In this document: piece after piece, positions 55,112-64,000 of the stretch
Position numbering within the stretch: position 1 is the first letter of the stretch
Layout: every line of letters starts with the position of its first letter
DNA from: Macrostomum lignano
Lineage: Eukaryota
Direction: 5' to 3'
Assembly: GCA_002269645.1 (NCBI GenBank)
Contig: NIVC01003203.1
Span: forward strand, 47,813-111,812
Length of the DNA stretch: 64,000 nt
Program-made: the position numbers and the translations under genes
The notes under the pieces: generated by a model
Database searches by the model: none
What the model saw: the letters and a program-made list of their open reading frames with translations, nothing else
What the model was told of the DNA's origin: nothing

Positions 55112-56683
55112 TTAATCAACTATAATTGGCGGGCCATTGCCGCGCCTATTAGCTGAACCGGCGCCGCGACCGCGGCCGCGACCTCTTCCAAAACTTTCAC
55201 TCCGGCTGGATGCCGCTGAGCCCGGACGCTGGTCGGCCGGCCGCCAGATTACATTCACCGACGCCGAAGACGCTACCGACGATACTGAAGGCGACGGCGG
55301 CGGTGGTGGTACAGACAGTGACGGTGCCTGCGCCGGCGGCGGTGCTGGTACAGACAGTGACGGTGCCTGCGCCGGCGGCGGTGCTGGTACAGACAGTGAC
55401 GGTGCCTGCGCCGGCAGCTCAGCGGGGCGCCTAGCGACAAAGCCGGCAGAGCCGCGGCCGAATGCGAAGCAACGCGTCGGCGGAGCGGAATCCGGGCCAG
55501 GCGGCAGGTTTGGCGGCCGCGGATGCGACGGCGGCGGCGGGGGCGGCCAGGCGGCCTCGTCTTGCCGCGGTTGGCCCCGAGCCCTGGCAGCGGACGACAG
55601 GGAAAAGAATGGCACAGCGGCCAGCTGTAGGGGCGGATCGGCCGGCAGGTGACTGGCGGTGATGGCCAAATTCAGAGTGGGGCAAAGCTCAGTAGAGAAC
55701 ACCCAGGCGGCCACGTGGGCCTGATGCAAGGTGCACAGCCAGGGACAGTCAATCTGATTGTGGAAGTTGCAAGCGTGACTCGCCGCGTAGTTATACCGCG
55801 AAGTGGCGAGCTTCCTGGTGGCCACGTGCTCCTCGAGGGTGGCTCGGCAATTTTCATTGGTGACAACGCAAAGATTGCCTAGATGCTCAGCCAGGCAACG
55901 AAGCAGAACTTCAACTGGCAGCGGCCGAGTCAAACAGGCCGGTGGCAGACGGCCGGCCCTTGAATAGAGCCAGTCAACCGCCTGGGCAAAGTCTGCTAGC
56001 TTGTCCCGGGGAGCGAACACGCGCAAGAAAGGCTGGTCAGAATGGGCGCCCAGAGCGGCCTCAAGCCGGTCGCACATGGCCGACCAGTCGGACTCGGCAA
56101 ATTGGCATTTGATTGGCACCCGATGCGAGCCCTGGCTAATAAAGCGGCACTCAGACATGAGCCCCATTGGCACGTCTTCATATACAATATTCGGCAGGCT
56201 GTTAACAGAGGCTGAGACGCCGTTGCGGAGGCTGTACCGAACCAGGGCCAGCTCGGCGGGCAGTAGCGGCGCATTGTAGGTTGGCGCCGATTTCAGGTGA
56301 ACACTGACGCTGCCAAATACGATTGGCCAATCGGCCAGGCTGCCAACAGAGGCAATCAGTTTGGCCACCTGCTCGGAGGCTGGCGGAGTCGCTGTAGGCG
56401 CAGCCAAAGGAACGCTGACAGAATCGGCAGCAGGCTTGACGACGCGGCCGCCAGCTGCAGCGGCGTTCTCTTCGCGAGCCAACTGGCGCAGCTTATCCAG
56501 CTGATCTGGCGGCAGGCAGCGATAGGCTTCCATAGCCTCTGCCACGAGATTTGGATCGCTGATTGGGCAGCGGGAGTACTGCGGATTAATCGACCGGTAT
56601 TCGCGTAGAAATAGCGTTGTGGGCGACACTTTCTTATGCTTTTTGTCGCTTATTTCGTAACCATTGCCCCGTGCGGCATTCAT
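55112..56683 (-). CDS. MAEL: Maelstrom (piRNA-pathway HMG box + MAEL domain), intronless CDS of about 523 aa with a Pro-rich, RG-rich tail
   Basis: HMG-like N-terminus (SPTTLFLREY..EAMEAYRCLPPDQLDKLRQLARE). MAEL-domain motifs LPAELALVRYSLRNGV, P.GL..ECRFISQGSHRVPI and YNYAASHACNFHNQIDCPWLC..AAW..L.L.ITASHLP, with E, C, H and C zinc ligands. First ATG after an acceptor is at 56683. Confidence 0.88.
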   Translation of the reverse strand: MNAARGNGYEISDKKHKKVSPTTLFLREYRSINPQYSRCPISDPNLVAEAMEAYRCLPPDQLDKLRQLAREENAAAAGGRVVKPAADSVSVPLAAPTATPPASEQVAKLIASVGSLADWPIVFGSVSVHLKSAPTYNAPLLPAELALVRYSLRNGVSASVNSLPNIVYEDVPMGLMSECRFISQGSHRVPIKCQFAESDWSAMCDRLEAALGAHSDQPFLRVFAPRDKLADFAQAVDWLYSRAGRLPPACLTRPLPVEVLLRCLAEHLGNLCVVTNENCRATLEEHVATRKLATSRYNYAASHACNFHNQIDCPWLCTLHQAHVAAWVFSTELCPTLNLAITASHLPADPPLQLAAVPFFSLSSAARARGQPRQDEAAWPPPPPPSHPRPPNLPPGPDSAPPTRCFAFGRGSAGFVARRPAELPAQAPSLSVPAPPPAQAPSLSVPAPPPAQAPSLSVPPPPPSPSVSSVASSASVNVIWRPADQRPGSAASSRSESFGRGRGRGRGAGSANRRGNGPPIIVD

Positions 56684-58758
56684 AATGTTAGGCTGCGGAC
56701 GAAGGAGTATTAACAGTAATTTACTAACAATCTTCACTACCCGTTAAGAACGCTATAGAGGAAGAAATCAAAAATTGATTAAACCATACATGTAGCTTTC
56801 AACCTTTTAGTTAAATATTTCATTAATTAATATGAAAGAAATAGCAATTATACAGCAACTTTGTTATATTATAAGAAACCTAGAGTTTCTAGGTCTTAAA
56901 TCAATGTGAATGCATTAAGCATAATAGTCAACCAATATTTCTAACTCAAATATTTAACTATATGACTAACAATATAAATATAAAAACCATTGTCTCACTT
57001 TAAATTCAATTTGACAAATTAAAAACTAAAAATAGTCTAATGGGGTAATAATATAATATCAAAAACTATATCTACTTCTAACAATCTTTTACAATAGGCA
57101 ATATAAATAGACCTTGACTTTGCTTGAAGTTTTTGCTAGCTAACTTTCTATGCTATTTTAAATATATGCATTTCTAAGAAAAAAACATTTTCTTTTAATG
57201 ACATTTTTTCCCAAAATATTTTTGCAATTTATTTTTTTATTTAAATGAACTAAAACTTTAGTATAAATCAGCATGATTCGCCAAATCCTAGGATTAAAAA
57301 ATGTAATATAAACATAATTAGGCCCACAAAGTTTATTATACTGCAAAAATTTCTATTAATTGCCTTGCATCATGTGGTGCCTTTTTAAACATCACATCAT
57401 ATAGATTTAAATGTGAAATCTATTCCAATACAAAATTTGATATATGATGTACTTCTTAATACTAATTAGTTTTTTATACAACTTAGGCCCCTACTTAAAT
57501 ATTTCAAAAGATAATGCTGTTTTTCATCTATAAATATGATTAGTAACTCAATTTAGTATATTTAGATTACAATAAAAAATGGAAGCAAAAAACATTTAGT
57601 ACATATTTTGCCTTAAAATTTCAACACAAAAGCTTTAAAATTTGCATTTTTTGATCCCAGAATAGAATCCCAGGATTGGCCAATTTTTGGGATTAAATCC
57701 AAAGATCCCAAGATTGCAAAAAACTAGGATTTTGTTATCTTTATAACTAGGACTACATTCTGGATCATGTAGTATATGCCCAAAAATTTGGGCATGCATT
57801 CGCCTTGCACGCCAAAAGTAGGCATACACAGTTGGTGTACACCACTCCTAAGAAAATAGTGTGCGTACATACCTGGCATGCACTTTATATCACATGTAAG
57901 AGTTATTGTAGAATAGAAAAAAGATAAAAAAGTTCATTTTTAAATGTAATTTTTTTGCTTTTTGGGTTTTTTAAGATTACAATAAAGCATTTAAACAAAT
58001 TTTTGTGTATCAATTTTCCAATAAAAAAGTATCACCAAAAAGCTAAAAAATAAACCAAATAATCTACCAAAAAGGATCAATTATGCAATTTAAAAAAGGT
58101 CATTTATAGTTAAAACATCCCCATAGTTTTGATAATAGGCATGAACTCAATTTTTTGGTATGCATTTGTAATTATTTGATTTCTGTTTGAGCATGCACCT
58201 AGCATGATCTAGACTATAGATCTAGGACTGGAAAAAATATATGCAATATAAGTAGTAATAACAAAAATATATCAATCAGGCTAGGTTTTTGGGCTTTTTT
58301 CTCTTTTCTTGTTTTTTCAATACTAAATATCTCTTTAAGTATTGGTTTAATTTTTTAAGAAGGGCCTAACATGTGATCATGTTTTGATTTCTTAGACTTG
58401 AGAAATTGAGACAAAATATATAAATGAAATAAGACTTTTAAAAATAAAACAGCTAGTTGGATTAACAAAATAAATAATAATAATACCTTAGTCATTTAAA
58501 GTATAGATATATTGCAAAGTATTTATTGTTAAATTAAGGCTCTTTCTATTTTGGTTTCTAATTGTAATTCTAATTAAGGCCTACAAATTTAAGCATTGAA
58601 AAGCAAACTAGTAGATTGAAATGCTGGGTACCAAATAGTATAAGCACCAAAAAGCATAGAGACTAATATGAAAAAGTAGCTATTATAAATGCCATATGGC
58701 TTATTTCTATCCTCTAAACTATCCCACTAAATGTCACTAAGTTTTTATAGGGTGACTT

Positions 58759-59260
58759 CCATAGTGTGGATCATGCTAAGTGCACGCGAGAAACGACCCA
58801 AAGCTAATTCCCAAAAGCACGCCGACGACAAGCGAATGCACGCTGATGCACGCCAATAAATTAAAATTCAAATTGAAGACAAAAAACATATTTTAAATTG
58901 CATTGTATAAACAAAGCAACAAACGATGTACAAAAGAAATGATATATCTTTAAAAATGTGTATTTCTCATACATTAATTTATTTAACAGTCTTATACACT
59001 ATTTATTTACAATAGTTTTTTTCAAAAGTTAAATACAATAATACATATTTTATGTCTGCTTACCATTGCATTGGCAGCTTTGCCACATCAGGTGCCAGGC
59101 ACGTGGCATGCGGCGCATGCTAGGCACGCCAGTGTATTTATGTAGTGTGCATTATGCACGCCAAATGCACGCCACTTACCTAATTGCACACCAGTGCACG
59201 CTACTTTTGAAAATGCACGCAGGAAAATTCTCGCGTGCACTACATGATCTACACTATAGG
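58759..59260. mobile_element. MITE of about 500 bp with about 33-bp TIRs
   Basis: Left CCATAGTGTGGATCATGCTAAGTGCACGCGAGAA versus right TTCTCGCGTGCACTACATGATCTACACTATAGG; direct repeat (TATAGG)GTGACTT on both sides; internal TGCACGC motifs. Confidence 0.75.
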
Positions 59261-61129
59261 GTGACTTAATAATAGTTAATAATATCCCTACACTATGCTA
59301 AGCTTTATTTCATATTTTCTAATTCTGGTAGCATTCTTAGTAGCATTTCGGTATCATTCTAGTAGCATCCTTAGTAATGTTTTAGTAGCATTCTTAGTAT
59401 TATATGGCCTGAGCAATCTTATTGATAGTTAGATATATTATTTTCCAGTCTAGGTATTACTGAGATTAGAGGGTCACGGCAATTACTCTTAATATTCTCT
59501 TTGCATGAATCCCCGATTCCCAACTCCCAAGCTTCCTCATAATACTTCTTAGAATAAATAAGCAATAATCTAAGAATAGAACACATTTTGAGCTTATAGC
59601 TATTAAGCTAGTGAAAACACAAGACTAAAGTTGCTTCTCCCTCCAACCTGCTCCTATTTATACTATCTAAATAGGTATATTTTTTAACAAACATCAAATA
59701 TTGAGAATATATCTAGAGTAGGCCTATTTTAGAATATTTTGTAGAATAAAACAAATTATTAGCACAAATTCAAACTGTTAAATTCTTAGAAACTATTAAC
59801 CACTTCTATATAAAATAAACAAATTAGGCCCTAACAAGGGGTCCAGGCAAAGTTTAAATAATAGATTGCCAATTGGTTAAAAAATGTGTTAAAACTTAAA
59901 GCCTTAAAGGTTTCAAATAGATTTAAAAGTGTCAAGAATAGAATTATTAATCAGTAGGCCTAGAATCTAGATATCTATTGTCAACTATTTATAACACTAT
60001 TTTCTTAGGACAACCTTTTGGCAGACCTATTTTTTGGTAAATTGTCTAGAATTCCAAATTATAGTATGATTTGGCCTTGGCTTGGAGATATTTTTTTGGT
60101 AAATTGTCTAGAATTCCAAATTATAGTATGATTTGGCCTTGGCTTGGAGATATATAGGCGTACTATATAGTTTTGAGTATAAATAATGTTTTTTCTGTCT
60201 GTGATCTATAGGCCAAACATTGAATCATAGCTGGACACCTTGACTAGAGTAGGCCTAATTTTTATACAAAAATTGTACTATAGTCAGGCTAAGCAATATA
60301 TAGAATTATGTGCAATATACTTGTGCTATGCAGTCTGGTTTGGTTTGGTTATGGTCCCAAATGATAGATTTGTGGGCAAAGCATTATTAATAAGTACATT
60401 TGCAAGATAGATATAGGGACGGGGATCTGCATAATTCTATTATCACGCACGCTACAGTGCAGCAAGTATAACATGCAATTTTTTAATTCACAATAAAAAA
60501 TCTATTTGAATCAAACACCCTTTGGTTGGAAAATAAACAAAAAGTTTGGCCTAGGCCTACAGCATAGTTTGAAAGAAAAGAACAATCTAGACTTAATATA
60601 ACTACTGCTTTATGAATCGATTTAAATAGATATTTAATCAACTACAACATTGACGACGTAACATTATTAACGTCATTCGTCATCATTGTCAAAATTTAAA
60701 AGACAAGCAATCTGTTTCAAGTTCACATTCCATTCCATATACAATTAGGCCTAACTCGCCATTGAAAATATTTGGTGCAGCGACGACACGGTGACGACTA
60801 GCGACGACAGGATAGCTTAGAGGACGACAGCCAAGTAGTCGATTTTGACTCGATCAAACAAAAGTTTATAATGTATTATACATCGCATCGCTTGTACTGG
60901 AAGAGAAATTATGGTAATTTGAAATTAATTGAAATATTTGTTTGAAACTTTAAATTTAGTGTAAAGTCCCTAAAGAAAAAAGGGAAATTAAAAACTCTCT
61001 ATCTGATTTGCGCGGGCATGGCATGCGAATATGCCCATGCATGCTCGCGTACCGCCTGAGTATCAGCTATCAGGGTATTATATAATACACACGTTTCCAT
61101 GCATTACGGCTTACATGTACATACGTGGA

Positions 61130-63713
61130 ATGAACCAGAGAATAATTATTCTCCTCATTTTACTGGTATGTTAGTCACTCTGTCAACCAATATGATAACT
61201 CCACCTCCAAAAGAAACGACTTACACGATTAATACCGTCAGACAGAGTCCAAGCAGCTGCGTTGTCAACTTCGTGAGTTGCAGGAGCAAGTCCTGCGTCT
61301 AGATGAGGCTTTGGCTGACGGTCGGAAGGGAGATGAGCAGTTGGAGAAGGAAGTGGGGCGCTTGGTATGCGAAGTAACCGAGAAAGGGGATCGTCTTGCT
61401 TCCCGGGGTGACATCGACGAGTTGAGATCAGACTTAATGAAGCAGCTGAGTGAACAGGCCAAGACAGTGATTGCCAGCAACGCCTTCAAACCAAACGTTG
61501 TAAGCATCTCCGATGCATCCCAGGCGGCTCGTGTTGGTACAGACTCTCTGCATGCAACAGCTGGTTCTGATCGTCGTCAGTCTAATGACACTGGATTGAT
61601 GCCCCGGCCGCTTCAGTCTATCACAAAGATCTACTGAACTCAACTAAGGTGAATGTCATCGAACTGAGTTGCGGCGCAGTACCTGTAACTCAGGGTGCGA
61701 ATACCAGCCTGAACGTGCCAACTGATGCTTCGATCGATATCATGATTCCCGACAATATTGCGGCTTCTTGTGCTCAGCTTCTAGTTGACGGAAAGCTGCA
61801 AGAAGATTGCGCTCCCAGCTGTCTTCAGCAATGAGGAGAATGCTGGAGCCGGCCGCAACATCTGCCATTCTTCAACAGAACCTTTCAACAAACCCATGCA
61901 AACGGGCGCATACGCTGGCTACTTATCTGATTCACATATCGAGGTTGCCGTAGACCCAGGAGGATGTCATTAAGAAGATGGGAAAAGCGCGTTGCGAGCA
62001 TACCGGGACAAGATCTGGCTCGGAGATGCAGGAGCTACCCAAAGAAGCCGAAAGGAACGGAAGGAAACGGAAGGAAACGTGGAGGGAGTCAAGGAGCAAG
62101 GAAGCTCTGCATGGATGATTAGATAATTGTTATGCACTGTTCACGGGTCCTTCTACCATCTCCTGTTGTCCCCCTCTCCACTCTCCCTTCTTCACATTCA
62201 CCCTCTCTTTCCCCCTCCCTCTCCACTCTCTCTTCCCTCTCTCCCTCTAGCCCAGTCTTCCTCTCCACTGCGCGCCTCCTCTTGAATGAAAATAAATATA
62301 AGAATAAAAGATAATAATAAGAAAATTCCGACGACTTTCTCATTCCTTTCAGCATCACATCAAATATCACCATAGTCAGGTCCGCAGCTACTTTAGTGAC
62401 TCAGTAATTAGTACGAGTACATATATATATTTCGGCAACAATCATGTAGAAAATTGTGTACTGGTGAATTTAGTCGATCCGTCGCACAGAAGAAAAGGGG
62501 AACATGAATCTAGGTCAGGTTGGTTCAAGTCAGTTCAGGCCAGTCAAGGTCAAATGAGGTCAAGTCAAGTCAAGTCACGTTGCCCCGCTGACAAGCAGGC
62601 TAAGCCTTCATGTGGAACTGGAACGCAAGTCCAAGTACCGGCGCCAAATGCGCATGGCAGAGTGCCAATTTTTTCCTGGCAGTCATGGCCACCTGAACAT
62701 CCCGGTAAGATGTCACGCTCCTAAAATTAGTGTCTAGGTAGAGATTGACACGGACAAAATTTTTCACTGAAACATGCTTCTTCAGATGCCTACTTTAAGG
62801 CTGCGTCAGGTAGTCGCAGTCGTTCCGGTGCACGCACAAGTGGTACACGTGACTTCAGAAACGGTGGGGCCAGTTATGACGTCACGGGCAATGCTCCAGT
62901 CCCTGATACTCGTACTGCTGCAGGTGCTGACATGGTCGTTAATAATGTCGAATCAGTTAAGCTAACTTTTTTTCGCTGATTTACCAGTCCACTGACTGCT
63001 CGAGTAATCCGCTGTTGCAGACGTTTACGACGATCAAACCACTAAAGCTACTGCTGATCACGCCAGTCATGACCCAATCGCGGCCGACGAAGGCACTGGA
63101 ATGCTGCACGATGCTGAGGCTGAAGAAGGCTTGGAAGAAGTTAGCCGTGCTGCAGGTGCATACGCCAATGGCGAAGGTACAATTGATGCACTCGCTGATT
63201 ACTTGTCTTACTTGTCTTACACTACTCACACATGCACTTTTTGTAGGGTCGCGACACTTACCCAGATGAAGGTTATAATCGCTGTGTGGATGAGTACGAT
63301 CACACGGAAGGACGACGATGGCGATCAGGAAGCTCTTGACGGCGAGCAGCAGCACTGGCAGATCTTCGGCGACAATAAAGTGCCGTATGACAATGAGGAG
63401 GTATTGGATGGCGAGCCTGAGGATGACGATGAAGATCACAGTGAGGACGAGGGTACTGGTGTTTGCCGATTGTGTCTCACCTTCCCGGGTGGCAAGCGGA
63501 CAGGATGTGGTCACGCATCCTGGCAAAGAAGACGCAGAGGGAATCCGGCACGGAGCCAGCCACGACGCAAGTCGGAACTGTGCAACCGGCCCTTTTCAGC
63601 AACGGCAGGTAGCCATGGCCGACCTAGCTGCCGCACAACACCAGGCCAACACACAGTCACAGTCGAGGGTACTGGTGACACTCCGGCCTAGTGATGACAG
63701 AATTGAAACATGA
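61130..63713 (+). pseudogene. Multi-exon gene or gene relic: coiled-coil, low-complexity acidic region and C-terminal degenerate RING finger, with several apparent frameshifts
   Basis: Short GT-AG introns with compatible phases (61166-61241, 62705-62785, about 62923-63021, 63177-63246). CRLC-x10-CGH-AS[W/C] followed, after a 1-nt shift, by KEDAEGI..RNCATGPF. It is not certain that all pieces belong to one gene. Confidence 0.4.
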
Positions 63714-63865
63714 GTTTTGAAAAATGCGCAATATTACTTTTTAGACAGGCAGAAAAAAGTATTCGGAATTGGGGTTTAAAACAAAAAATATTGATTGACT
63801 ACGAATTCGCAAAAAAGATTGCCCAGCGGCGGCAGTTATTAATAAGACAGTCAATTCCTTTTAAA

Positions 63866-64000
63866 TCACTGCTTGTAGCTGATCAGTGGTCTCGCGCTCT
63901 TCTGGGTGGCTGCAAGTAGCGATTGACTCGCCGCCGTCTGCATCAGGGGACCCGGGCTGGCTGGCGACTGGCCTGCCGCTGCTTCACGGCGGACTCTTTT
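63866..64000 (-). CDS. Possible 3' end of a minus-strand gene entering from beyond the window
   Basis: GC-rich open frame KRVRREAAAGQSPASPGPLMQ..SYKQ* up to the edge; no family recognised. Confidence 0.3.
   Translation of the reverse strand, partial: KRVRREAAAGQSPASPGPLMQTAASQSLLAATQKSARPLISYKQ

Noticed and set aside
56684-56737. N-terminal extension MKIVSKLLLILLRPQPNI of the MAEL ORF as a signal peptide
   Set aside because: It begins at GTG and spans a polypyrimidine tract and acceptor; the first ATG is at 56683.
60029-60153. About 63-bp direct duplication
   Set aside because: Simple local duplication in AT-rich DNA with no further structure.

Overview
Eukaryotic (metazoan) genomic DNA with spliceosomal GT-AG introns, GC-rich exons and introns crowded with micro- and minisatellites. 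The style resembles a free-living flatworm such as Macrostomum, but that is inference and was not verified. Genes reconstructed by hand, in order: a WASP-family gene (+; WH1, CRIB, poly-Pro, C/A; 5' end off-window); PITPNC1/RdgB-beta (-, 8 coding exons including an 8-nt micro-exon); a CNGA-type cyclic-nucleotide-gated channel (+, 5 exons) with a non-canonical pore motif; NDUFV3 (-); an FN3 + transmembrane protein (-); an endoglycoceramidase of GH5 (+, 4 exons); a same-strand cluster MAEL (maelstrom) > UBA6 > SMU1 (-); and a frameshifted multi-exon RING-like gene near the right end. Mobile DNA: a 5'-truncated RT-RNase H non-LTR element inside a (GACA)n tract in SMU1 intron 1, two mariner remnants, a foldback-type element, two MITE-like elements and two tRNA-derived SINE families. 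Most notable observations: the TAVAE filter in the CNG channel, a candidate trans-spliced operon MAEL-UBA6-SMU1, complementary microsatellites flanking SMU1 exon 2, a 4.9-kb (TTAG)n intron, an unassigned 179-codon exon nested in a PITP intron, and a chain of in-frame micro-exons at 22992-23196. No prokaryotic systems or CRISPR arrays are present. All family assignments come from motif recognition without database searches.
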